From: Planctomycetota bacterium
Lineage (GTDB): Bacteria; Planctomycetota; MHYJ01; JACQXL01
Direction of reading: 5' to 3'
Length of the DNA stretch: 64,000 nucleotides
Assembly (NCBI GenBank): GCA_038059695.1
Contig: JBBTIZ010000069.1
Span: forward strand, 2,969 to 66,968
Shown: piece by piece, positions 10,181 to 18,504 of the stretch
Numbering within the stretch: the stretch's first letter is position 1
Layout of the letters: each line of letters begins with the position of its first letter
Position numbers and translations under genes: made by a program
The notes under the pieces: model-generated
Databases searched by the model: none
What the model saw: the letters and a program-made list of their open reading frames with translations, nothing else
What the model was told of the DNA's origin: nothing

Positions 10181-11638
10181 ATGGCAAAGGCAGCAGCCGA
10201 ATCCCGTGAGGGAAAGTCATCATCCCCGTCCAAACGCACCGCGGCCCGCCCGAACGACCGAAAGGTCGGGCAGGCAAAATCAAAACAGGCCAACGCCCCG
10301 ACTCCGGAGGCCATCCAGAAAATGCTTAATAAGGCCAAGCAGCCATCCGCAGACGCAATGTCCATGCACCCCTTCTACAGAGGCAAAATAGAGATAGTCC
10401 CGAAGAGCTGCATCCGCGACTACAATGATTTTGCCATCTGGTACACGCCCGGCGTGGCCGCGCCTTGCAAGGACATCCAGGCCAATCCTGAAAAGGTCTT
10501 TGAGCACACCAATAAATGGAATACCGTAGCCGTTATTACGGACGGTACCCGCGTCTTGGGATTAGGCGATATCGGGCCGCACGCGGCTATCCCGGTCATG
10601 GAAGGCAAAGGCATGCTCTTCAAATACCTGGGCGGCGTTGACGCCTTCCCCATCTGCCTGGACACCAAAGACCCGGATGAATTTATCAAGACCGTCAAAT
10701 ATCTGGAACCCTGTTTTGGCGGCATCAATCTGGAAGACATCGCCCAGCCAAAATGTTTCAGGATTCTTGATACCCTGCGCAAAGAAATGCCTATCCCGGT
10801 CTGGCACGATGACCAGCAAGGCACCGCGGCCGTCACTCTGGCCGGACTAATTAACGCGGTGAAAATCCAGGGCAAGAAACTGTCCGAAGTAAAGATAGCC
10901 ATGGTCGGCGCCGGCGCGGCTAATATCTGCATCGCCCGGATGATTATCAAGGCCGGTGTTAATCCCAAAAACATCATTATGGTCGATACCAAGGGCACCC
11001 TGCACCGGGACCGCCAGGACCTGGCCACCGGCCATCCGGAAAAATGGGAGATGTGCCTCAAGAGCAATACCAATAACGTCAAAGGCAATATTCCCGAAGC
11101 CATGAAAGGCGCCGAGGTATTACTGGCCCTTTCCCAACCCGGCCCTGGTGTCATAAAGAAAGAATGGGTTCGCATGATGGCGCCCAAGCCCATCGTCTTT
11201 GTCTGCGCCAATCCGGTGCCGGAAATCTGGCCCTGGGAGGCCAAGGAAGCCGGGGCTGATATCGTGGCTACCGGACGCTCTGATTTCCCGAATCAGGTCA
11301 ACAACTCGCTCGGTTTCCCGGCTATCTTCCGCGGCGCGCTGGATGTCCGGGCCAAAACCATCACGGACGAGATGTGCATCGCCTCAGCCGAGGCGCTGGC
11401 TAAATATGCCGAGAAAAAAGGATTATCCAAGGAACACCTGATTCCGACCATGAGCGATTGGCGGGTCTATCCGGAAGAAGCCGTGGCTGTCGGCATGAAA
11501 GCCATTGAACAGGGTGTGGCTAAATTGATTCTGACCACAGACCAACTGCGCGATAATGCCACTAAAATGATTCAACGGTCCATCAAGATAACCAAGATGA
11601 TGATGAAGGAAAAGATTATTCAGCTGCCGAAAAAGTAG
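10181..11638 (+). CDS. NAD(P)-dependent malic enzyme (short MaeB-type, no PTA domain)
   Basis: FYRGKIEI, YTPGVA, GTAAVTLAGLINA and MVGAGAANI. Carries a ~55-aa K/A/P-rich N-terminal extension. Confidence 0.85.
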   Translation: MAKAAAESREGKSSSPSKRTAARPNDRKVGQAKSKQANAPTPEAIQKMLNKAKQPSADAMSMHPFYRGKIEIVPKSCIRDYNDFAIWYTPGVAAPCKDIQANPEKVFEHTNKWNTVAVITDGTRVLGLGDIGPHAAIPVMEGKGMLFKYLGGVDAFPICLDTKDPDEFIKTVKYLEPCFGGINLEDIAQPKCFRILDTLRKEMPIPVWHDDQQGTAAVTLAGLINAVKIQGKKLSEVKIAMVGAGAANICIARMIIKAGVNPKNIIMVDTKGTLHRDRQDLATGHPEKWEMCLKSNTNNVKGNIPEAMKGAEVLLALSQPGPGVIKKEWVRMMAPKPIVFVCANPVPEIWPWEAKEAGADIVATGRSDFPNQVNNSLGFPAIFRGALDVRAKTITDEMCIASAEALAKYAEKKGLSKEHLIPTMSDWRVYPEEAVAVGMKAIEQGVAKLILTTDQLRDNATKMIQRSIKITKMMMKEKIIQLPKK

Positions 11639-11641
11639 AAA

Positions 11642-11716
11642 TGGCTCCCCGCGTAGGACTCGAACCTACAACCAACCGGTTAACAGCCGGCTACTCTACC
11701 ATTGAGCTAGCGGGGA
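11642..11716 (-). tRNA. tRNA-Asn (GTT)
   Basis: Hand-folded cloverleaf with acceptor TCCCCGC/GCGGGGA, anticodon loop CTGTTAA, T arm GTAGG-TTCGAGT-CCTAC and an encoded CCA. Confidence 0.85.
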
Positions 11717-11787
11717 TTATCGAAACGTCAATTTATCAACTTTAATCCAGCTAACCGCTGGATACAACCAATCCCGCTAAAGCGGGA

Positions 11788-11820
11788 CTACCCCGCCATT
11801 GAAATAGCGGGGATTATCGT
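11788..11820. repeat. Degenerate duplicate of the tRNA-Asn 5' part plus flank
   Basis: 27 of 33 positions identical to 11691-11723 (hand alignment). Confidence 0.55.
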
Positions 11821-11924
11821 ATTGCTATAACCGAGGTTTTTCTTATATCAGAATGCTAGTTATTGTCAATAAATTTATATCGGTTTTTAATCCCAATTAA
11901 TAATAAACTATGAGGGAGCACGCA

Positions 11925-12503
11925 ATGACTAAATCACTTAAAGGCACCAAGACCGAGAAGAACCTCCTGGCTTCGTTTGCCGGAGAATCCCAGGCCCGCA
12001 ATCGCTACACCTATTTTGCCAGCGCGGCCAAGAAAGAGGGATACGAGCAGATTTCGGCCATATTCCTGGAGACGGCTGATAACGAAAAGGAACACGCCAA
12101 GATGTTCTTCAAGCAACTGGAAGGCGGGGATGTGGAAATAACCGCATCATATCCGGCCGGCCAGATAAAAGACACCGTGTCTAATCTCGAAGCCGCGGCA
12201 GACGGCGAGAATATGGAATGGACCCGCATCTATTCTGACTTTGCCCAGACCGCCCAGGCCGAGGGATTCCCGGAAATCAGCCGGATATTCGAGCAGATTG
12301 GCAAGGTGGAAAAGTTCCACGAGGCCCGCTACCGCAGCTTGGTCAATATCCTCCGCAATAAAGAGACATTTAAGAGAAGCGCGCCGGTCAAATGGCACTG
12401 CCGCAACTGCGGATATGTCAGTGAAGGCAAGGAAGCTCCCAGGGAATGCCCGGCCTGCAAGCATCCTCAGGCGTATTTTGAGGTCCTGGGTGAGAATTAT
12501 TAG
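11925..12503 (+). CDS. rbr: Rubrerythrin
   Basis: LKGTKTEKNLLASFAGESQARNRY and a C-terminal CRNCGY...CPACKHP rubredoxin-like site. The ATG at 11925 has a GAGGGAG SD 7 nt upstream. Confidence 0.9.
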   Translation: MTKSLKGTKTEKNLLASFAGESQARNRYTYFASAAKKEGYEQISAIFLETADNEKEHAKMFFKQLEGGDVEITASYPAGQIKDTVSNLEAAADGENMEWTRIYSDFAQTAQAEGFPEISRIFEQIGKVEKFHEARYRSLVNILRNKETFKRSAPVKWHCRNCGYVSEGKEAPRECPACKHPQAYFEVLGENY

Positions 12504-12504
12504 A

Positions 12505-12650
12505 GGCAGTTCGAGCGCAGCGAGTTATCTGCCTCTTATCCCGTAGTCCCACAGGGACGCAGGGATTAACCACAGATAAACGCAGATGGACGCGGATGTT
12601 ATTCCTGCCCCTCCCCTATGTCATTCCCGCGAAGGCGGGAATCCAGATTC
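12505..12650. repeat. Composite repeat block downstream of rbr
   Basis: Contains GAGGCAG..CTGCCTCTTATCCCG, CGTAGTCCCACAGGGAC, a 9-bp CGCAGAT-type run and GTCATTCCCGCGAAGGCGGGAATCC. Confidence 0.65.
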
Positions 12651-12689
12651 TATTTGACAAGCACCATTTGATTTGATACCTATGGGATT

Positions 12690-13700
12690 ATGAAAAAGGC
12701 AAGAGTCATCATATCTCTTATAATACTTATCCTCCTCGGTTTATTCCTATGGTTTATCTTGTCCTTTAACATATCTCCCGAACAAGCGAAAATTTACAAT
12801 GCTGGAGTTAAAGTCAATCAAGCTAAAAACGTTTCAGAGTTAAAGGCATTTCTAATGGATAAAGATCCGTACATCCGCGGTGTGGCGATTAAATTATTAG
12901 CCGATAAGAAAGAGAAAGAGGCCTTACCAGCGGCAATAAACGCATTAAATGATAAAGAACGCTTTGTGAAAATAATGGCGCTTGAAGCACTTGATAAAAT
13001 AGCGGATAAAGATTCCATACCAGCGTTACTTAATTTACTGGAGAACCAGGAAAGTTATATCAGCCTGGAAGCGGCGTTATTGTTATATAAACTTGGCGCA
13101 CAGACTGAAGCGAAAACCAAATTATTAAAACTGATTTATGACCCTCAAAACTATGTCCAAGAGGAAGCTATTAACAGCTTAGGGAAATTAGGCGTAAAAG
13201 AAGCCATACCAGAATTAAGGAAATGTTTAACCCCCAATAATTCATTACGAATCCATGCCGCTATGGCGTTAGGCCGGCTTAACGCAACGGAATCTATTCC
13301 TGAATTACTGGCGATGATGGAACGCGAAAATAGTTACAGTCTTTATTATGTTATTAGTTGCACTGCGACATTGGGCATCACCCAAGAGATAACGCCGATA
13401 CTAATAAAAAAGATGAATGGCCCGACTCTCGGCGCTCAATATGCTTCTATTAGGGCCTTGGGCGATTTTAAAGTTAAACAAGTAGTACCGGATTTAATCA
13501 AATTATTAAACGACCCGAATGACTTAATACGAAGCGAAGCTGCTGAAGCATTAGGCAAAATCGGTGAGCCAGAAGCCATCCCGGAATTAAAAAAATTACT
13601 TGCCGATATCGACGGAAGAAACGTACGTAAAACAGCCCAAGAAGCTCTGCGCCAACTCGGCGTGCCGGACAACGAAATAGAAGACGCAAAGAAGAAATAA
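12690..13700 (+). CDS. HEAT-repeat (PBS-lyase type) protein with N-terminal membrane anchor
   Basis: Repeated D..VR..A..ALG.....A.P.L...L units and an N-terminal hydrophobic helix. Confidence 0.7.
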   Translation: MKKARVIISLIILILLGLFLWFILSFNISPEQAKIYNAGVKVNQAKNVSELKAFLMDKDPYIRGVAIKLLADKKEKEALPAAINALNDKERFVKIMALEALDKIADKDSIPALLNLLENQESYISLEAALLLYKLGAQTEAKTKLLKLIYDPQNYVQEEAINSLGKLGVKEAIPELRKCLTPNNSLRIHAAMALGRLNATESIPELLAMMERENSYSLYYVISCTATLGITQEITPILIKKMNGPTLGAQYASIRALGDFKVKQVVPDLIKLLNDPNDLIRSEAAEALGKIGEPEAIPELKKLLADIDGRNVRKTAQEALRQLGVPDNEIEDAKKK

Positions 13701-13807
13701 TTTCTCTCCGTGCACTCTGTGTCTCTGTGGCTAATTATCTATCCTGCCAAGCAAATTATATCTCGAGATAATTGACTTCTGCCACGCCAAATTATACGAT
13801 ACCCCCT

Positions 13808-14761
13808 ATGTTTAAACCAGACAAGTTCATCACCGAAAAGATAGCCGAACTGAAGGATAAAATCAAGGGTACAGCCATTATCGGTATCTCCGGCGGTGTG
13901 GATTCCACCACAGCAGCCATCATCGTCCATAAGGCCATCGGCAAACAACTCCTGTGCGTGCTGGTGGATACCGGCTATATGCGCAAGAACGAGGTAAAGT
14001 TTAACGAGCAGATGCTCAAGGACCTGGGCCTGAATGTCATGGTGGCTGACGCCTCGGACCGCTTCTACGCCGGCTTAAAGGACGTGGCTGACCCGGAAAA
14101 GAAACGCAAGGTCATCGGCGAACTGTTTATCCGGGTATTCGAGGAAATCGCCCTGAAGCAAGGCGCCAAATACTTTATCCAGGGCACGATTGCCCCGGAC
14201 TGGATAGAATCCGGCGGCGGATTGAGGGACAACATCAAGTCACACCACAATGTCGGCGGACTGCCGGCCAAGATTGCATTTGAGATAGTCGAGCCCCTGC
14301 GCGATTTATACAAGGACGAGGTGCGCTTAGTCGGACAGGCATTGGGACTGCCTACTGCGGTCTATGAACGCCAGCCCTTCCCGGGCCCGGGACTGGCTGT
14401 CCGGATTATCGGGCCGACCGATGCGGCCAAGGCCGCGATTGTCCGCGAGGCCTGCGCCATTGTCGAAGAGGAACTGGAGATGGCGTCCAAGGCCAAACTC
14501 ATGGTCATACCCTGGCAGTATTTTGCGGTGCTGTTGCCGGTCAAGGCGGTCGGGGTGCACGGCGATGTCCGGGCTTATGGCTATGTCGTGGTGGTCCGGG
14601 CCGTAGAAAGCATGGACGGCATGAGCGCCACATACTCCAAGATACCGCATCAGGTCCTGGAGAAAATATCGGTGCGCATCACCAATACCCTGAAGGACGA
14701 CGTCAGCCGGGTGGTCTTTGATATCACCCATAAACCGCCCGGGACGATTGAATACGAGTAA
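13808..14761 (+). CDS. guaA: GMP synthase, ATP-pyrophosphatase subunit (split form)
   Basis: PP-loop GISGGVDSTT and C-terminal HKPPGTIEYE. ATG at 13808 is preferred over the TTG at 13772. Confidence 0.85.
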   Translation: MFKPDKFITEKIAELKDKIKGTAIIGISGGVDSTTAAIIVHKAIGKQLLCVLVDTGYMRKNEVKFNEQMLKDLGLNVMVADASDRFYAGLKDVADPEKKRKVIGELFIRVFEEIALKQGAKYFIQGTIAPDWIESGGGLRDNIKSHHNVGGLPAKIAFEIVEPLRDLYKDEVRLVGQALGLPTAVYERQPFPGPGLAVRIIGPTDAAKAAIVREACAIVEEELEMASKAKLMVIPWQYFAVLLPVKAVGVHGDVRAYGYVVVVRAVESMDGMSATYSKIPHQVLEKISVRITNTLKDDVSRVVFDITHKPPGTIEYE

Positions 14762-14768
14762 AGAAGAG

Positions 14769-14894
14769 GTTACAACCGGTTACAAGACGTTACAAAACGT
14801 TACAAGAGGTTGCTTAAGGCTACGGTTTACACTGAGCGCAGCGAATGTGCAACTTCCTGTAACATCATGTAACCCTACTGTAACTTCATGTAAC
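14769..14894. repeat. 10-bp-phased GTTACA array arranged as a large palindrome
   Basis: GTTACA at 14769, 14779, 14789 and 14799, plus GTTGCT at 14809. The inverted arm has TGCAAC at 14848 and TGTAAC at 14858, 14868, 14879 and 14889. Confidence 0.85.
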
Positions 14895-14904
14895 ATTATA
14901 TATC

Positions 14905-15474
14905 ATGCCAAAGATTTATGTGGTTGACAACGGCGGGCAATGGACCCATCGCATCTGGCGGGTCCTGCGCGAACTGGATTGCGACACCAAGATCATCCTC
15001 AATACCACCCTGCTTAAAGATATAGACGCGGATGGACTGGTGTTAAGCGGCGGCGCGGCCCGGATTGCCTGGGAATCGCTCAAGTTAGGCGAATGCACCA
15101 CCTACTTTAAGGAATTCAAAGGCCCTATCTTAGGCGTCTGCGTCGGACATCAGTTAATGGCTTCATATTATGGGGGTAAGGCCGGCGCCTCTGAGATGCC
15201 GGAATTCGGGCTATCCAAGATACGTATCTTAGAACCGAACGACCTGTTCAAGGGGTTACCTAATGAATTCAATGTCTGGCAGTCGCACAACGACGAGGTC
15301 AAAGCCGCGCCCGGATTCACGGTCCTGGCCGAGTCGGATAACTGCAAAATCCAGGCCATCAAACATAACTCCAAACCGCACTACGGCGTCCAATTCCATC
15401 CCGAGGTTAACAATACAGAGCATGGCGAAGCCATATACCAAAACTTCGTTAATATCGTGGCCGGGAAAAAATAG
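14905..15474 (+). CDS. guaA: GMP synthase, glutamine amidotransferase subunit (split form)
   Basis: Class I GATase motifs GVCVGHQL and VQFHPE. Confidence 0.85.
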   Translation: MPKIYVVDNGGQWTHRIWRVLRELDCDTKIILNTTLLKDIDADGLVLSGGAARIAWESLKLGECTTYFKEFKGPILGVCVGHQLMASYYGGKAGASEMPEFGLSKIRILEPNDLFKGLPNEFNVWQSHNDEVKAAPGFTVLAESDNCKIQAIKHNSKPHYGVQFHPEVNNTEHGEAIYQNFVNIVAGKK

Positions 15475-15507
15475 GCGAAGTATCATGTCTTAAATATTTT
15501 ACTTGAC

Positions 15508-15516
15508 TGATATAAT
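15508..15516 (+). promoter_or_regulatory. Candidate extended -10 box (TGaTATAAT) upstream of the methylase gene
   Basis: Sequence match only, 26 nt upstream of the ATG at 15543. Confidence 0.3.
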
Positions 15517-15542
15517 GGCAACTGCTATTATTATTAACTGTT

Positions 15543-16430
15543 ATGAAAGAGATTCAAACTCAGGTGCTTCTAGGTGACTGCAAAGATGTCTTAAAAACTC
15601 TCGATAAGAATTCCATTGACCTCATTATCACTTCACCGCCTTATGCCGACAGAAGAATTCAAACTTATGGCGGTATCAAACCGGAAAATTATGTTGAGTG
15701 GTTTTTACCGAGAAGTGAACAACTTCTCAGGGCTCTCAAGCCAGATGGAACTTTTATTCTGAATATTAAAGAAAAAGCCGAGAATGGCGAGCGGCATACC
15801 TACGTCATAGAGCTAATTCTGGCCATGCGTAAGCAGGGCTGGTTATGGACTGAAGAATTAATCTGGCATAAAAAGAACTGTTATCCGGGTAAGTGGCCTA
15901 ACCGGTTTCGTGATTCATGGGAAAGATTATTGCAGTTTAATAAAACCGGTAAGTTTAAGATGTATCAAGAAGAAGTAATGGTTCCGGTTGGGGACTGGGC
16001 CAAAAATAGGTTAAAACGACTTAGCGAAACAGATAAGACAAGAGATAACTCTAAAGTTGGCAGTGGTTTCGGCAAGAATGTTTCTAATTGGCTGGAACGT
16101 GATTATGCCTATCCGACAAACGTTTTACATATGGCTACGGAATGTAACAACAAAAACCACAGCGCAGTTTTTCCGGAGGCATTGCCTGAATGGTTTATAA
16201 AATTGTTTACTCGTGAGCATGATTGGGTTTTAGACCCTTTCTTGGGCTCAGGAACAACTGCAAGGGTAGCCAAACGGATGTGCCGGAATTCAATCGGCAT
16301 TGAAATAGTGCCGGAATATTATGAAATGGTGAAATCCGAGGTTACAGCCGTAGAATTTCTCTTGCATGAAAAGAAAGAACCCTATGAAGTCAATAAGCAT
16401 AAGCGAAGTTCAAAATTATGTAGAAAATAA
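15543..16430 (+). CDS. DNA methyltransferase, beta-class N4-C/N6-A type
   Basis: Motif IV ITSPPY near the N-terminus and motif I DPFLGSGTT near the C-terminus. Confidence 0.85.
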   Translation: MKEIQTQVLLGDCKDVLKTLDKNSIDLIITSPPYADRRIQTYGGIKPENYVEWFLPRSEQLLRALKPDGTFILNIKEKAENGERHTYVIELILAMRKQGWLWTEELIWHKKNCYPGKWPNRFRDSWERLLQFNKTGKFKMYQEEVMVPVGDWAKNRLKRLSETDKTRDNSKVGSGFGKNVSNWLERDYAYPTNVLHMATECNNKNHSAVFPEALPEWFIKLFTREHDWVLDPFLGSGTTARVAKRMCRNSIGIEIVPEYYEMVKSEVTAVEFLLHEKKEPYEVNKHKRSSKLCRK

Positions 16431-17121
16431 TATCGGCAATTTCCATAAACGCCGGTTACAAAGCTTAAGCACTCTAAAGCTGGGTAAGGTTCTCAGTCGT
16501 AAAAATCCATACCTTTTTAAAGCCAAGAATATACTGACTGCACAGGATTTAGTTAAGACATTACTTGATGCGCATCTATCATCTCAGGAAGAAACAATAT
16601 TCGGGGAGTTCCTTGAAGGGCTGGCTATCTTTATCTGCAATAAAGTTTATGACGGGAAGAAGTCGTCTGCCGAAGGAGTTGATTTGGAATTTGAGAAACG
16701 CAAAATTAAATATATTGTTTCCATAAAATCTGGCCCGAATTGGGGTAATAATAGCCAGATTAAAAAGATGACTGATAATTTTAAGAAGGCAAAGCGGATT
16801 TTGCATTCTAATGTTGCCAAGAAGAAAATTGTAGCAGTTAATGGTTGTTGCTACGGTCGTGATAACCAGCCCGAAAAAGACGATTACTTAAAACTCTGCG
16901 GTCAGAGATTCTGGGAATTTATATCAGATAATGCTGAATTATATATCCAGATAATTGAACCTTTAGGGCATAAAGCAAAAGAGAAGAATGAAGAGTTCAT
17001 TGAAGCATACTCAAAGCTGATTAATAATTTCACATTTGAATTCGGCAAGGAATTCTGCAAGAATGGCGTGATAAACTGGACGGCGTTAGTCAAATTTAAC
17101 TCAGCAACAAAAGTGAGATAA
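16366..17121 (+). CDS. Putative type II restriction endonuclease partner
   Basis: Overlaps the methylase 3' end on the same strand and is AT-rich. An acidic/lysine cluster GVDLEFEKRKIKYIVSIKSG could be a PD-(D/E)xK-like core. No family recognised with certainty. Confidence 0.45.
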   Translation: MKRKNPMKSISISEVQNYVENNIGNFHKRRLQSLSTLKLGKVLSRKNPYLFKAKNILTAQDLVKTLLDAHLSSQEETIFGEFLEGLAIFICNKVYDGKKSSAEGVDLEFEKRKIKYIVSIKSGPNWGNNSQIKKMTDNFKKAKRILHSNVAKKKIVAVNGCCYGRDNQPEKDDYLKLCGQRFWEFISDNAELYIQIIEPLGHKAKEKNEEFIEAYSKLINNFTFEFGKEFCKNGVINWTALVKFNSATKVR

Positions 17122-17150
17122 GTAAGGCATCTTCGAAATTTAGGAGCATT

Positions 17151-17735
17151 ATGGCAAAGATACCAGCAATTTGTGATTCCTGTGGCACGTTTTTCGTACT
17201 TAATAACATAATTGGCGGTAACGCTGGTAGTGTTACGTTTACTAATTGCAGAAGTACATGTCCTAAGTGCGGGGAGAGCGCTCACATACTTGATGGCACA
17301 TATCAATTTATTGATGATACTATCAAATTTCTTAAAGCTCCAGAACATACTATTTTAGAACTTCAGCGTTTATCTCAAATCTTACAGGGTGCTATGAAGA
17401 AGGGCGCTACGACAGAAGAAATTAATAATCAAGTCCGAAATGAGTTGCCTAAATTATCAGCGGTTTCTAAATTTCTACCTAATAATAAGTCCGAACTATG
17501 TGCTTATATCATGATTTTAATAGCTGTAATTAATTTACTAATTCAGATATTACCTAAAGGAGAAAAACTAAATATAACGCATACCCAAGTTATTAACAAT
17601 ATACAGGTAATTCAAAAATCCCAGAAATATAATAACGCTACAGATAAACAATCTGTTGAACCTAAAAAAAGGGGACGTAATAGTCCATGTCCATGTAAAA
17701 GTGGCAAAAAATATAAATATTGTTGCGGAAAATAA
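17151..17735 (+). CDS. Zn-ribbon / single-TM / SEC-C-motif protein
   Basis: CDSC...CPKC pairs, hydrophobic helix LCAYIMILIAVINLLIQIL and C-terminal CPCKSGKKYKYCCGK. Confidence 0.6.
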   Translation: MAKIPAICDSCGTFFVLNNIIGGNAGSVTFTNCRSTCPKCGESAHILDGTYQFIDDTIKFLKAPEHTILELQRLSQILQGAMKKGATTEEINNQVRNELPKLSAVSKFLPNNKSELCAYIMILIAVINLLIQILPKGEKLNITHTQVINNIQVIQKSQKYNNATDKQSVEPKKRGRNSPCPCKSGKKYKYCCGK

Positions 17736-17797
17736 AAATTCCCCCTTGACAAATTTATTATTTATAATTCCAGCACCATACTGAATTATACGGCCAT

Positions 17798-17841
17798 CCC
17801 CCCTATACCCTATAGGTATATACCCTACACCCTATAGGGGG
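17798..17841. repeat. CCCCCCTATA...TATAGGGGG hairpin with CCCTATA submotifs
   Basis: Self-complementary ends seen directly. Lies just upstream of array 1. Confidence 0.65.
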
Positions 17842-17913
17842 CATAGAGTTATTTGCCCCAAACATCCGTATTTTTCTTAAAGACCCCCTTCATATCTTAC
17901 AAGACACGGGAGA

Positions 17914-18274
17914 TTATCGTAAATCCGCACGGAGATTATGGCAATTCTGGCCGGGAGTTATCGTAAATCCGGCCGGGCATTATGGCAAATCCAGCCGGTC
18001 ATTATGGCAATTCTGGCCGGTCGTTATGGCGAATCCGCCGGGAGATTATCGTAAATCCAGCCGGAGGTTATGGCAAATCCAGCCGGAGGTTATGGCGCAT
18101 CTGCACGGAGGTTATGGCAAATCCAGCCGGAGATTATGGCGCATTCGGCCGGAGGTTATGGCAAATCCGGCGGGGAGTTATGGCGAATCCGGCCGGAGGT
18201 TATGGCGCATTGTATGGGTGGTTATGGCGAACCGGGTGGGGGGTTATGGTGAGGGGGGTGGGGTATCTCCCCCC
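17914..18274. repeat. Tandem array 1: 16 units of 22 bp (consensus TTATGGCRAATCCRGCCGGAGG)
   Basis: TTATGG/TTATCG anchors fall every 22 bp from 17914 to 18244 without an indel. The array ends in GGGGTATCTCCCCCC. Confidence 0.9.
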
Positions 18275-18386
18275 TTTCTAATGTCATATCCTGCACTCCT
18301 TTCAACATTTTGCAACAATTTGCCACTCCTAATGGGCATTTTGGGTCTAAAAATGGGGGTATTTGAGGGCTAAAAAGTGCAGTAAA

Positions 18387-18497
18387 AATCCCCCTCACTC
18401 CCCCTTTTTCAAAGGGGGATGTGGAAATTTATTCGTGGGATTCGTATAATTCGTGCTATTCGTGTTCTCTTCTTTGTGGCCTTTGTGTTCTTTGTGG
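18387..18497. repeat. Composite: CCCCC..TTT/AAA..GGGGG palindrome plus 9-bp runs ATTCGTG x4 and TTTGTGG x3
   Basis: ATTCGTG-type anchors at 18431, 18440, 18449 and 18458. TTTGTG anchors at 18473, 18482 and 18491. Confidence 0.85.
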
Positions 18498-18504
18498 TTA
18501 ATTC

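Noticed and set aside
14718-14927. 69-aa plus-strand ORF spanning the guaA intergenic region
   Set aside because: It is made of the GTTACA array and overlaps both real genes' ends, with no independent support.
17982-18373. Three overlapping plus-strand ORFs (99, 115 and 60 aa; MANPAGGYG.. repeats) across array 1
   Set aside because: They occupy all three frames of the same 22-bp repeat. The unit simply lacks stop codons and contains an ATG, and a 22-bp period cannot encode one consistent peptide repeat. They are artefacts of the array.
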